From: Candidatus Omnitrophica bacterium UBA6253
Lineage (GTDB): Bacteria > Omnitrophota > Gorgyraeia > Gygaellales > Profunditerraquicolaceae
Length of the DNA stretch: 64,000 nucleotides
Assembly: GCA_002441245.1 (NCBI GenBank)
Contig: DJVP01000005.1
Coordinates: 66,303-130,302, forward strand
Direction of reading: 5' to 3'
Shown: positions 28,168 through 37,565 of the stretch, one piece after another
Numbering within the stretch: position 1 is the stretch's first letter
How the letters are laid out: each line of letters opens with the position of its first letter
Position numbers and translations under genes: made by a program
Notes under the pieces: model-generated
What the model saw: the letters and a program-made list of their open reading frames with translations, nothing else
What the model was told of the DNA's origin: nothing
Databases searched by the model: none

Positions 28168-29041
28168 TATGAGAAGATATATATTCATTATATCACAGGT
28201 TTTATTTATTTTATCCGGGTTTTATCTATATTCATTCGCAGAAGATAGCGCTGGCCTGGTGAATAAGGCAAACAGTTTATACAGACAAAAGCGATACGAT
28301 GAGGCGATCAAATTATATAATGAGGCGCAAATTAAATCACCTGATTCCAAGGAGATTAACTATAATATAGGTATAGCCCAGTATAAAAAAGGTGATTATA
28401 ATACGGCAATCAACTTACTTGAAAAGGCAACTGTATCTAAAGATAAGATTTTAGAGTCTAAGGCAAACTACAATATTGCCAATGCAAAATATAAGCTTGG
28501 CAAGTTAAAGGAGAATACCGATCTTAAGGAAACCGTAAATTTATTGCGGCAGTCCTTGGATTATTATAAAAGGGCAATAGAGTTGAATTCTAAGGATGAG
28601 GATGCGAAAATAAACCATGAACTGGTGGAAAAAGAGTTAAAAATGCTTCTGGATAAGTTAAAACAAGAACAGGATAAGAAAAAGGAGCAGTCTGAGCATA
28701 AAAATGAGACAAAAGAAGGCCAGGGGCAGTCTCAGGAAGGGCAACAGGAAAATAAACAGGGTGGGCAGGGGGAGAAGCAACAGGCAGCTCAAGCTGAGGA
28801 GCAAAAAATAGATGAGCAAAGTAAAGAAGAGACCAGGTTGGCCCGGGAAGCTAAAGATTCCGAAGAGGGGAAAGAAAAGCAAGAGGGAGAATCAAAAAGG
28901 CAGGCCTCGGAAGAAGCAAAAGAAATGTCTGAGAAAGAAGCAAATATGCTCTTGGAAGGATATAGGCAAGAAGAAAATTCCTCCGGGAAGCTGGAGGACC
29001 GGAAAAGAGGGCCTCTTGGAGATGTATTAAAGGATTGGTAA
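28136..29041 (+). CDS. BatC-like TPR protein with a K/E/Q-rich low-complexity tail.
   Basis: TPR helices (YRQKRYDEAIKLYNEA..., YKKGDYNTAINLLEKA...) and a low-complexity region EQDKKKEQSEHKNETKEGQGQSQEGQQENKQGGQGEKQQAAQAEEQK. The real start is probably the MRRYIF Met at 28169. Confidence 0.65.
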   Translation: MKRRHPGASLSMRRYIFIISQVLFILSGFYLYSFAEDSAGLVNKANSLYRQKRYDEAIKLYNEAQIKSPDSKEINYNIGIAQYKKGDYNTAINLLEKATVSKDKILESKANYNIANAKYKLGKLKENTDLKETVNLLRQSLDYYKRAIELNSKDEDAKINHELVEKELKMLLDKLKQEQDKKKEQSEHKNETKEGQGQSQEGQQENKQGGQGEKQQAAQAEEQKIDEQSKEETRLAREAKDSEEGKEKQEGESKRQASEEAKEMSEKEANMLLEGYRQEENSSGKLEDRKRGPLGDVLKDW

Positions 29042-30906
29042 TTGATAAGATTATGAATATTATAACCAGGATTCTTAAATTCTTGATACTAAGCGCAAGC
29101 CTTCTGTTTTATGCTTTAAGCCTTCCTCCTGCCTGTTTGGCCAAAGATATTAGTTTTGAGGCGACGGTAGACAGGAACAAGGTATCTTTGGGGGATTCTT
29201 TGCAACTAGCTTTAAGTTTTAACAATGCGCAAGATATGCCCGCACCGGATCTACCATCCATGGACGGATTTAAAATTCGTTATTTAGGCCCTTCCACAAT
29301 GATGTCTTTTGTTAATGGAAAAGTCTCAGGCTCTATAACGCATAATTATGTGCTTTTACCTACGAAAATAGGAAATTTTAAGATAGGGCCTTTTAAATTT
29401 GAACGCAATGGCGATAAATATGCCTCTAATCAGTTGAATGTGGAAGTATTAAAGGGGCAGGTGCAAGGTTCTGTTGACCGGTCCGGCAGCCAGCCGGAAT
29501 CAGCACCGGAGTTAGGAGATTTAAGTAGCAGGTTGTTTGTAACAATTCAGGCTAAAAAAGATAAAGCTTATTTGAATGAAACCGTACCTTTAACCATAAA
29601 ATTATATGTAAACAGATTGAGTATAAGGGATATACAATATCCGGAGTTTAACCATGAAGGTTTTTCGGCAGCTGCATTTGATAAGCCCAGCCAGTATCAG
29701 GAGGTGCGTAACGGGGTAAACTTTGATGTCATAGAATTTAATACCTCTATTTTTGGTTTAAGGCCGAATGAGTTCAAGCTCGGGCCAGCGCATATTAAAT
29801 GTAATTTGATTATGCGTAAGCAGACGAACCGCAGGTCTACTTTTACATCCAACAGTTCTTTTGATGCGGATATATTTGATAATTTCTTCGGCAGATATGA
29901 GACTTACCCCTTGGATTTAAAATCCGGGGATATTGAATTTACTGTGTTGGCCTTGCCGCAAGAAAATAAACCCGTGGATTTCTCCGGCGCCCTGGGTAAT
30001 TTTAATCTGGATATAACAGCTGCGCCCTTAGAGGTGAAACTGGGTGATCCGGTTACCCTTAAGATGATTGTCAGTGGGGAAGGAAATTTTAACACTGTTG
30101 GGGTCCCCAAGCTTAAATCAGAGAAGGGTTTTAAGGTTTACGAGCCTCAGATAAAGCAGGAAACCAATCAAAAGATATTTGAACAGATAGTCATGCCGAT
30201 GAGTTTGGAAGTTAAAGAAATTCCTCCGTTATCTTTTGATTTTTTTGATATTGGTTCCGGAGAGTACAAAACTATCACCCGCGGCCCGTTTCCCCTGATA
30301 ATAGTTAAGCCTGAGAAGGAAGAAGAATCTAAAATAGTCGAGAATAAACAGCCTGCCCTTGCTATTTCCGCCAAGGAGGAGAAGCTGGGAAGGGATATTA
30401 TCTATATTAAGGATAGCCCCGGTATTTTGAAGAAGAAAAACGATTATCTTTATAAGAATAAAATATTCCTGATGTTCCAGGTCCTCTTGCTGTTGTTCTA
30501 TTTGATTGCGGCTATAATTTATGCAAAGAAACAAAGATTAAAAACAGATTTAAAATACGCCAGGGGACTTTTAGCTCCCCGTAAAGCCAAGGCGGGTTTG
30601 CGCCAGGCAAAGAAATATCTAGATAAAGCAGACGCGCAAAAATTCTACGATATTTTATTCATGACTATGCAGGAATACCTGGGGGATAAATTTCATTTGT
30701 CCTCAAAAGGGATTACTATAAGTATTATAGATGAGTATTTACGTAAAAATGGTGTAGCTGAAGATGTTTTAACAAGACTAAGAGATCTCTTCCGGGAATG
30801 CGATATAGTAAGGTATGCGTCTTCGCAGTTAACCAGGGAAGATATGCGCGCTTCTTTAATTAAATTAGAAGAAGCGATAGATTATTTGCAGAGGAAGAAG
30901 GCATGA
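29035..30906 (+). CDS. BatD-like large membrane protein.
   Basis: Signal/TM N-terminus, repeated beta domains, and a C-terminal TM helix IFLMFQVLLLLFYLIAAIIYA with a cytoplasmic tail. Position and size of 623 aa fit BatD. Confidence 0.6.
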   Translation: MVIDKIMNIITRILKFLILSASLLFYALSLPPACLAKDISFEATVDRNKVSLGDSLQLALSFNNAQDMPAPDLPSMDGFKIRYLGPSTMMSFVNGKVSGSITHNYVLLPTKIGNFKIGPFKFERNGDKYASNQLNVEVLKGQVQGSVDRSGSQPESAPELGDLSSRLFVTIQAKKDKAYLNETVPLTIKLYVNRLSIRDIQYPEFNHEGFSAAAFDKPSQYQEVRNGVNFDVIEFNTSIFGLRPNEFKLGPAHIKCNLIMRKQTNRRSTFTSNSSFDADIFDNFFGRYETYPLDLKSGDIEFTVLALPQENKPVDFSGALGNFNLDITAAPLEVKLGDPVTLKMIVSGEGNFNTVGVPKLKSEKGFKVYEPQIKQETNQKIFEQIVMPMSLEVKEIPPLSFDFFDIGSGEYKTITRGPFPLIIVKPEKEEESKIVENKQPALAISAKEEKLGRDIIYIKDSPGILKKKNDYLYKNKIFLMFQVLLLLFYLIAAIIYAKKQRLKTDLKYARGLLAPRKAKAGLRQAKKYLDKADAQKFYDILFMTMQEYLGDKFHLSSKGITISIIDEYLRKNGVAEDVLTRLRDLFRECDIVRYASSQLTREDMRASLIKLEEAIDYLQRKKA

Positions 30907-31685
30907 AAAAAATAGTTTTGGCTATTCTGTTGATATTTTTTGTGTTGGGTTTTATCTTAACCTTTTACCTACGCAACTCTTTGGCTCAAGAAGCAGTAAA
31001 TACGCCAGGCGCTGTCTTTTATCAAGCAAATATTTATTATCAGGAAGGTAAATATGACGAAGCTATCAAGGATTATGAAAGGCTTATTGGCCGAGGATTA
31101 GAAAGCGGTAATCTTTATTATAATTTAGGCAATAGTTATTTTAAGAAAGGCGAACTTGGATTGGCTGTTTTAAATTATGAGAAAGCAAAGGGTTTTATCC
31201 CCAATGATGGCGATCTGAAATCTAATTATAGCTATGTCCTGCAGGTATTAAACTTAGAACCCGAGCTTTTTGGAAATTGGTTTGATAAAATGGTTTATGT
31301 TTTGTTCCAGGGGACAACAATCGATTCTTTAACAATTCTATTGTCTTTTATCTATGTTGTTTTAATAGTATTTCTTATTTTAAGCTTATTTTTTAACAGG
31401 TTGAAACGATTTTCCGGGTTAGTTGTTTGCATCCTTGCAGCGTTATTCATATTATCAGCTTACGCGCTGAATAGGAAAATTAATTATTTGAATAAAACCG
31501 CGGTTGTTATAAGTAACGAGGCAGATGTCAAGTTTGAGCCATTAGAAAACGCCACGACATACTTTAAACTTAGCAAAGGCAGCAGGGTTGAGGTAGTGGA
31601 GAAGGTAGAAGGTTGGTATAAAGTGCGGCGTTTTGATAACAAACTTGGCTGGGCAATTAGAACTGCTTTTGCAAAACTAAATTAA
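30903..31685 (+). CDS. BatE-like protein: TPR repeats, TM helix and a C-terminal SH3b domain.
   Basis: TPR helices (YQEGKYDEAIKDYERLI, YNLGNSYFKKGELGLAVLNYEKA) and an SH3-like C-terminus (VVISNEADVKFEPLENATTYFKLSKGSRVEVVEKVEGWYKVRRFDNKLGWA). Confidence 0.6.
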   Translation: MKKIVLAILLIFFVLGFILTFYLRNSLAQEAVNTPGAVFYQANIYYQEGKYDEAIKDYERLIGRGLESGNLYYNLGNSYFKKGELGLAVLNYEKAKGFIPNDGDLKSNYSYVLQVLNLEPELFGNWFDKMVYVLFQGTTIDSLTILLSFIYVVLIVFLILSLFFNRLKRFSGLVVCILAALFILSAYALNRKINYLNKTAVVISNEADVKFEPLENATTYFKLSKGSRVEVVEKVEGWYKVRRFDNKLGWAIRTAFAKLN

Positions 31686-31834
31686 ATAAGGGGCGTTCCC
31701 GTTTTTTCTTACCTTAATTCTTAAAAAACAGGCGCGCCATTATTTTTACTATAGCAAAATTAAGCATTGGCATGGTTAGGCCTTAAAAGTAAAAGCGCGA
31801 AATATTCTTGCCTAAGTGTATCCCGATTCTTCTT

Positions 31835-31925
31835 GACAAATGCGGAAAATATGCTATACATATAGTATATTCAGTACTTTTAGTAACTGCTAAAACTAAT
31901 GAGTTGCCCTCACAACTAAAGCGCC
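31835..31925 (+). promoter_or_regulatory. Promoter (TTGACA...TATACA) and conserved 5'UTR of the MerR-like gene. The same ATATGCTATACAT...AGTACTTnTAGTAAyT block is duplicated upstream of the paralog at 37306.
   Basis: TTGACAAATGCGGAAAATATGCTATACAT followed by AGTACTTTTAGTAACT. Compare 37222-37290: GATATGCTATACATGCAGTATGTTTAGTACTTATAGTAATTACT. Confidence 0.45.
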
Positions 31926-32153
31926 ATGGAAAAGAAAACCATATCCGCGCAGGAAATAGTCTCTAAATTCAATACGCCATATCAAACAGTAAATTATTAT
32001 ACTGCCATAGGATTGCTGCCGGTTGCCGGAAAGATAGGCAATAAGCGCATGTATGAAGAAGCGGTAATAAAGGAGCGGCTGCAGAAGATTTCGGAGCTGG
32101 CGAGGGAAGGATATCCTCTTAATTTGATTCGCAAGAAACTGTTAGGAATGTAA
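31926..32153 (+). CDS. Short MerR-family HTH DNA-binding protein (DNA-binding domain only).
   Basis: ISAQEIVSKFNTPYQTVNYYTAIGLLPVAGKIGNKRMYEE matches the MerR N-terminal HTH signature (...tlRyYe..GLl.p.r...g.R.Y.e). At 75 aa it has no effector domain. Confidence 0.65.
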   Translation: MEKKTISAQEIVSKFNTPYQTVNYYTAIGLLPVAGKIGNKRMYEEAVIKERLQKISELAREGYPLNLIRKKLLGM

Positions 32154-32209
32154 CAAGATTGTAACTATTGATTTAACAATAGGTTAAGTTTCTGATAAAA
32201 ACAATAAAA

Positions 32210-33073
32210 ATGAGTTATTTCGCAGTAATAGGATTAAATAAAGAGCCATTTTCCACTAGCCCGGATCCTAATTTCTTTTATGAATCAAGCGAGCACCGCG
32301 CGGCTTTGATGCGCCTGGTGATTGAGATACGCTTAAAAAGAGGATTGAGTGTGGTATTGGGTGATGTGGGTACTGGAAAAACTACTCTTTCCAGGAAGTT
32401 ATTCCAGATGTTAAAAGAAAGAGATGATGTTGTTTTTCATATGATCCTAGATCCTACTTTTGATACGGAAGAAATTTTTCTCGATTCCCTTGTCCGTACC
32501 TTTAACATAGAAATACCTGTTTTAAAACCTACAGTCCTAGATTATAAAGAGGCAATAAAAAGATATCTTTTTGAACAGGGGGCGGAACAAAATAAAACTA
32601 TAGTTTTATTAATCGATGAAGCCCAAAAATTAAATTCACTTTCTCTGGAAGCATTGCGCATGCTTTTAAATTATGAAACTAATGAATTTAAATTGTTGCA
32701 ATTGGTCATACTGGGACAGATGGAACTATTGCCGCGCCTGACTGAAGTCAGGAATCTTATAGACAGGGTAAGCCTGTTGTATACGCTTACTCCTTTTGGT
32801 ATCGATGAAACTAAGGAAATGATTGAATTTCGCGTAAGGCAGGCTGGTTACAGAGGCAGGGATAAATTATTCAACGAATCGGCAATCAGGGAGATATTTA
32901 AATACACTGAGGGTTACCCGCGGCGCATCGGGATGTTATGCCATAAGGCACTAAAGTTATTGGTAATGAAAAATAAGCCCATTGTGGATAATGAGATTAT
33001 TAAGGAACTTATTGAACATGAGGCAAATCTAAGATGGCAAAAAACAAACCTACTCCTGAAGAACAGTTATTGA
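32210..33073 (+). CDS. ExeA/GspA/MshM-like AAA ATPase.
   Basis: YFGLxxxPF-type N-terminus (YFAVIGLNKEPFSTSPDPNFFYESSEHRAAL), Walker A GDVGTGKTT, Walker B LLIDEAQ. Confidence 0.8.
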   Translation: MSYFAVIGLNKEPFSTSPDPNFFYESSEHRAALMRLVIEIRLKRGLSVVLGDVGTGKTTLSRKLFQMLKERDDVVFHMILDPTFDTEEIFLDSLVRTFNIEIPVLKPTVLDYKEAIKRYLFEQGAEQNKTIVLLIDEAQKLNSLSLEALRMLLNYETNEFKLLQLVILGQMELLPRLTEVRNLIDRVSLLYTLTPFGIDETKEMIEFRVRQAGYRGRDKLFNESAIREIFKYTEGYPRRIGMLCHKALKLLVMKNKPIVDNEIIKELIEHEANLRWQKTNLLLKNSY

Positions 33074-33699
33074 ATTTAATTGAAGACGGAGAAGGGCCCA
33101 GTACCTTAAGCCTAAAGCGTAAGAAATCATCCCGGTTTTCATTTATGAGTTTAAGTGCGCTGTCAACTTTATTTGCGCGGCTTAAGATTACCATAAAAGA
33201 TTGGTTAATACAGTTAAAGGGCGGCATTGATGAACCTAACCTGAAAGCCTGGAACAAGGTTTTAGCTGTGGCGGCGCTTATTTTATTTGTTTATTTAACA
33301 GCGGATTTTACTCTTAGGCGTTTAGATATAAAACAGTTCACTAAGAAAGTCTCTGCGACAAAAGGCAGGAGTTTCCATGAAGATGTAAAGGCTGAGATAC
33401 GTCCATTTTTGTATTATTTGGAAATGGTGCAGCGTAGGGATATTTTTTCGCCTGTTAAGTTGATAAGTACGGAAAATCCTCAAGAGGAAACCAGGAAAGC
33501 CCTATCTACATTGATTAAAGACCTTAAATTGGTAGGCATATCTTGGGGCAAGGATCCGGAAGTAATTATTGAAGATACAAAAGAAAATAAGACTTATTTT
33601 CTTAAGGCCGGCGATACGATTAGTAAATTTAAGATAGATGTTATTTTAAAAGATAAAGTCATCCTGGAATCCGAGGGACAGAAAATGGAGCTAATATAG
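33034..33699 (+). CDS. Hypothetical single-pass membrane protein, possibly GspC/PilP-like. The start is uncertain; the track ORF overlaps the upstream gene by 40 nt.
   Basis: TM helix VLAVAALILFVYLTADFTL and a C-terminal beta segment TYFLKAGDTISKFKIDVILKDKVILESEGQKMEL, reminiscent of PilP/GspC HR domains. Its position directly upstream of the secretin supports this. Confidence 0.45.
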   Translation: MAKNKPTPEEQLLNLIEDGEGPSTLSLKRKKSSRFSFMSLSALSTLFARLKITIKDWLIQLKGGIDEPNLKAWNKVLAVAALILFVYLTADFTLRRLDIKQFTKKVSATKGRSFHEDVKAEIRPFLYYLEMVQRRDIFSPVKLISTENPQEETRKALSTLIKDLKLVGISWGKDPEVIIEDTKENKTYFLKAGDTISKFKIDVILKDKVILESEGQKMELI

Positions 33700-35361
33700 A
33701 TGAAGAGAATAATTATTGGAATTTCAATCCTGTTTTTTATAGGCCTGAGTTTTAGATTGATAGATGCACAGACTGCTCCTGAAGAAAAACAGTTTTCTGA
33801 GGAAAGGCAGGCATCCTCAGAAGCCTTGGATAAAAAATCCACCAAACAAAAAGGACAGGATGCTGCAACAGAAGATACTGCTAACCAAGAGGCTGTGGAG
33901 GATGCTAACGATCCTTTCTCCGGGTTATCCAGGAAAATATCCCTTGATTTGCGCAGTATGGATATTATGGATACGGTTAAGTTCTTATCTAAGCAGGGGG
34001 ATTTAAATATCGTCGCCACTAAAAATGTGAACGGAAAGGTAACTGTATTCTTAAAAGATGTGACTATAGCGGATGTCCTGGATATGATCCTGCTTACCAA
34101 TAACCTTGCCTGCGAGAAAAAGGCCGGGATAATTACTCTGATGACGGAAAATGAATATGAAGCGCTTTATGGCGAGAAATACACAAATAAAAAACAAACC
34201 AAGACTATAACTCTTAAATATGCCGATCCTAAAAGGGTAGGTACTATATTGGGAAGCCTTAAGAGTTCAGTGGGCAAGGTGATTATAGATGAGGCTACGG
34301 GGATGATTATTTTGATTGATACCCCGGATAAGATAAAGGAGATGGAGGATGCTGCAGCAAGGGCCGATCTGTCTACCGTTAACCGGGTATTGCCTACGGT
34401 TAGGGAAACATTTGAGTTAGAGTATGCCAAGATAGGCGAGGTCAAAGGGGAAATAACTAAGGCCTTGACCAAAGATATCGGGACTATTGAAGTGGACGAA
34501 AGGACTAACAAGCTTGTAGTTACGGATCTGCCTCATAACATGGAGAGGATTAGGGCGCTGGTTGCAGATTTTGATTCCAAGACAAGGGAGGTGCTTATCG
34601 AAGCGAAGATCATCGAGATAACCTTAAGTGATGATTTTGCTATGGGTGTGGATTGGCAAAAGGTTTATGGTTTGGCCGAGGATTCCCTGACTTTTACCGG
34701 CTCTTTTCCATTTAGCGCCCCGACTTCCACCGCTTCCACTATGAAACTTAGTGTGGGCACATTAGCCAATAATAAATATAGTGTTGCCTTAACGCTTATA
34801 AAAAGTTTCGGTAAGTTGAAAGTAGTTTCTTCGCCGCATATCGTTGTCTGTAATAACGAAGAGGCAAAATTCATGGTTGGTACGCGCGAGGCGTATATAA
34901 CTACTACTATTACTACCGGAGATGTAACCACCACTACTTCCGAAAGTGTCCAATTTATAGACGTGGGGGTAACCCTGTATGTTACGCCGACGATTAATAA
35001 GGGCGGTTTTGTCAAGATGCATATAAAGCCTGAAGTCAGCTCAATATCAGAATGGCTGGAGACTACGGAAGGGAATAAGATCCCAATAGTAGATACCTCG
35101 AATGTTGAGACAGATGTTTTAGTCAAGGACGGCAACACAATTATTTTGGCCGGGCTGATAAAAACGACAACAGATAAAAATGTATCCAGGATGCCTTTAT
35201 TAGGCAGCCTGCCGGTTTTAGGAAAATTGTTCAGTAATGTTTCGGATTTAAATGCGAAAAAGGAGCTGGCTATCTTTTTGACCCCGCATGTCATTTCTGG
35301 AACAAATGAGATGACTAGATTAAAAGACGAGATGAAGACAAGAAAGCCTCCCAAGAGATGA
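33700..35361 (+). CDS. Secretin (GspD/PilQ/MshL family outer-membrane channel).
   Basis: Signal peptide, N0/N1-type domains (DIMDTVKFLSKQGDLNIVATKNVNGKVTVFLKDVTIADVLDMIL), and a secretin C-domain (VLIEAKIIEITLSDDFAMGVDW...VSSPHIVVCNNEEAKFMVG...ILAGLIKTTTDKNVSRMPLLGSLPVLGKLFS...LAIFLTPHVI). Confidence 0.85.
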   Translation: MKRIIIGISILFFIGLSFRLIDAQTAPEEKQFSEERQASSEALDKKSTKQKGQDAATEDTANQEAVEDANDPFSGLSRKISLDLRSMDIMDTVKFLSKQGDLNIVATKNVNGKVTVFLKDVTIADVLDMILLTNNLACEKKAGIITLMTENEYEALYGEKYTNKKQTKTITLKYADPKRVGTILGSLKSSVGKVIIDEATGMIILIDTPDKIKEMEDAAARADLSTVNRVLPTVRETFELEYAKIGEVKGEITKALTKDIGTIEVDERTNKLVVTDLPHNMERIRALVADFDSKTREVLIEAKIIEITLSDDFAMGVDWQKVYGLAEDSLTFTGSFPFSAPTSTASTMKLSVGTLANNKYSVALTLIKSFGKLKVVSSPHIVVCNNEEAKFMVGTREAYITTTITTGDVTTTTSESVQFIDVGVTLYVTPTINKGGFVKMHIKPEVSSISEWLETTEGNKIPIVDTSNVETDVLVKDGNTIILAGLIKTTTDKNVSRMPLLGSLPVLGKLFSNVSDLNAKKELAIFLTPHVISGTNEMTRLKDEMKTRKPPKR

Positions 35362-36590
35362 ATAAACGGCTTATATTAATTATCGCTTCAGGTATAGTAT
35401 TGGCATCGCTCCTTATTGCTTTAGGCCTGACCATATTCGCGGTATCCAAGAAAAAAGCGGAGATAAATGAATTGAACAATGACCTTAAAAATAAGGACGC
35501 AAAATTGAGCCAGATGGAAAAGCAAATGGAATCATTGAATGCGGAGAAAAGTTCTCTGGCAGGCGTAAAATTAAGCTTAGAAGGAAAATTGATAAAATTG
35601 GAGCAGGATATTGATAGCGCAAAAGAAAAAGAAATTAACCTGAGTAAAAAGCTCAGCCTTTTTGCGGGAGAAAAGAAAAAACTTGAAGATAGCTTAGCGC
35701 AGACTACCCAGTTGATGCAGGATAAGCTCCGGATTTCAGAGCAGGAAAGCAGGAAGGAGCTGTTGCGTAAAAGCAAGCAGTATCTTGCTAAAAAGAAAGA
35801 ATTTACCAGCCAGATAGTGGATTTAAATAAAAAACTTAATAACTTAAACGAAGAAAAAGATACGCTGGAGAAAAATGCGGTTAATGCCGCAGAAGTAACT
35901 GCCAGGTTGATGAAGGAAAAAGAAAAGCTTGACCATTACAAGCTCGGGTTATCATATGAAAATAAACAGGATTATGAAGCAGCCGTAAAAGAATACGAGG
36001 CAATCCTGGAGATTGACCCTCAGGATGCGAATATCTATCTTCGCCTGGCCAGTATTTATATCTACAGCATAAAGGATCCTGAGAGGGCGGACTTTTACGC
36101 CAAGGGCTATGCTGTTTTGAACAGCAGGAAAGGAGTCAATACTCAACAGTCCCCCGGGGGTTCTTTGGCCGGCACCATGGTTAATGAGAAAATAGCTATT
36201 ACCAAAAAATTAAATGAGGCAGAACAGAAGCTAATCCAGAAAGATAAACAAAGGCATACTCAACCTGGGGATTTAAGCGAGGTATTTGGTACCTACAGGG
36301 AAAAAGCGCTCAAGCGGCATTATAATTTGGCGATAATATACGAAAATGCAGGAAGGTATAAGGAGGCGGCCGATGAGTACGAAAAGACATTGGAGCTGGC
36401 TCCTGATGATGCGGATATCCACTATAACTTAGCCATTGTTTATGATGACCATTTGCAAAATAATGAAAAGGCTATATTACATTACCGCAGGTATCTTGAG
36501 TTGTCTCCTGATGCTAAAGATGCTAACGTAGTGGCAGAATGGATGTTTGAAGCCAGGGAAGATTTAGAGTGGCAGAGGAAAATGAGGTAG
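35358..36590 (+). CDS. Membrane-anchored coiled-coil + TPR protein (MshN-like).
   Basis: N-terminal TM helix, about 170 aa of coiled coil, then TPR motifs (YENKQDYEAAVKEYEAILEIDPQDANIY..., YENAGRYKEAADEYEKTLELAPDDADIHYNLAIVY). Confidence 0.6.
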   Translation: MNKRLILIIASGIVLASLLIALGLTIFAVSKKKAEINELNNDLKNKDAKLSQMEKQMESLNAEKSSLAGVKLSLEGKLIKLEQDIDSAKEKEINLSKKLSLFAGEKKKLEDSLAQTTQLMQDKLRISEQESRKELLRKSKQYLAKKKEFTSQIVDLNKKLNNLNEEKDTLEKNAVNAAEVTARLMKEKEKLDHYKLGLSYENKQDYEAAVKEYEAILEIDPQDANIYLRLASIYIYSIKDPERADFYAKGYAVLNSRKGVNTQQSPGGSLAGTMVNEKIAITKKLNEAEQKLIQKDKQRHTQPGDLSEVFGTYREKALKRHYNLAIIYENAGRYKEAADEYEKTLELAPDDADIHYNLAIVYDDHLQNNEKAILHYRRYLELSPDAKDANVVAEWMFEAREDLEWQRKMR

Positions 36591-36593
36591 GGA

Positions 36594-36944
36594 GTGCAAA
36601 GGAAGGTTATCTTGGCTGTCAAATTATTTTTACTTATATTTTGCGGCATAGGTGGTTATCTTTTAATTTCTAATTTGATGCTCAAGGAATCACTTAAGAA
36701 GATAACTAAGGCGGTAACAATTGTAAAAAACAAAGACCCCCAGAAGCATAAGAAATTAGAAGAAGACATAAGAAGAAAAATGGAGGAAAAATACCGGGCA
36801 GATATGATTTCTTATAAAGTCGTGATGAAGAGACTAAAACAGGAGCAAGACAGGCAGAAGAATTCATCTGGAAAGGTAAATACTTTGAATAAAAAGGATA
36901 AAGCAGGAGCCGTAAAAAAGGAGGCTATAGATGGACCTCGGTAA
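36594..36944 (+). CDS. Small single-pass membrane coiled-coil protein with a GTG start. It has a paralog in the C-terminus of 37794..38786.
   Basis: TM helix LFLLIFCGIGGYLLISNL. The motif KMEEKYRADMISYKVVMKRLKQEQDRQK matches LEEKYRADMVSYKATAMRLQEIEKKDREK at 38680-38770. Confidence 0.5.
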   Translation: MQRKVILAVKLFLLIFCGIGGYLLISNLMLKESLKKITKAVTIVKNKDPQKHKKLEEDIRRKMEEKYRADMISYKVVMKRLKQEQDRQKNSSGKVNTLNKKDKAGAVKKEAIDGPR

Positions 36945-37206
36945 TAAAGTAGTTGTAAAGCAGAAGATAATTATAATTTTCGGAATTTTACTGGCTTTGG
37001 GTTTTATCAGTATTGCAATAAGGGGAAAACATGTAAAGATGCTGATTGAAAAGGTAGATCAGCAGGCCCTGATAATCAAGGAAAAGGATAAACAGCTTGA
37101 GACAGATAAGATTCAGTATACTAGTTTAGCGGCAAGGCTGCATAAGGAGGTTAAAAGGGTCGGTGAGTTAGAGGAGGAGTTAAAAAAATATAAGCGGGGC
37201 AGATGA
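36931..37206 (+). CDS. Small single-pass membrane coiled-coil protein.
   Basis: TM helix IIIIFGILLALGFISIAI followed by a charged coiled coil. It overlaps the upstream gene by 14 nt. Confidence 0.45.
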   Translation: MDLGNKVVVKQKIIIIFGILLALGFISIAIRGKHVKMLIEKVDQQALIIKEKDKQLETDKIQYTSLAARLHKEVKRVGELEEELKKYKRGR

Positions 37207-37305
37207 ATTCTTTAGAATTGAAGATATGCTATACATGCAGTATGTTTAGTACTTATAGTAATTACTAGAATAACTAAGTTATTTTTATTTGTGCAGGTAA
37301 ACGCC

Positions 37306-37533
37306 ATGGAAAAGAAAGTAATATCCGCGCAGGAAATAGTCTCTAAATTCAATACGCCTTATTATACGGTGAATTATTATACCGCTATTGGCCTGCTGCC
37401 AGTTAGCGCCAAGGTGGGCAATAAACGTATGTATGAGGAGAGTATGGTAAAGGAACGCTTACAGAAGATTTCTGAATTATCCAGGGAAGGATATCCCCTG
37501 AATTTGATACAAAAAAAGCTTTCCGGCGCCTAA
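37306..37533 (+). CDS. Short MerR-family HTH protein, a paralog of 31926..32153 with about 84% aa identity.
   Basis: MEKKVISAQEIVSKFNTPYYTVNYYTAIGLLPVSAKVGNKRMYEE... The track start at 37291 (MQVNAMEKK) is probably an upstream extension. ATG 37306 aligns with the paralog start, and its upstream sequence GCCATGGAAAAGAAA matches. Confidence 0.65.
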   Translation: MEKKVISAQEIVSKFNTPYYTVNYYTAIGLLPVSAKVGNKRMYEESMVKERLQKISELSREGYPLNLIQKKLSGA

Positions 37534-37565
37534 AAAACAGGTAAAGTACCACGTACTATTAAAAT

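Noticed and set aside
28680-28960. Low-complexity K/E/Q/G-rich stretch, considered as a possible repeat element or separate gene.
   Set aside because: It is in frame within the BatC-like TPR protein and is a common acidic/basic low-complexity tail. No periodic nucleotide repeat is present.
1208-30534. Short antisense or off-frame ORFs inside well-supported genes (e.g. 1208..1426 -, 2920..3438 -, 5233..5676 -, 10085..10495 -, 12192..12404 +, 25047..25670 -, 28658..28882 -, 34665..35354 -).
   Set aside because: They overlap strongly supported conserved genes, with no independent signals. The 28658..28882 ORF is merely the complement of the K/E/Q-rich low-complexity coding region.
37291-37305. 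N-terminal extension MQVNA of the second MerR-like gene.
   Set aside because: The paralog alignment and the conserved GCCATGGAAAAGAAA context indicate the start is the ATG at 37306.
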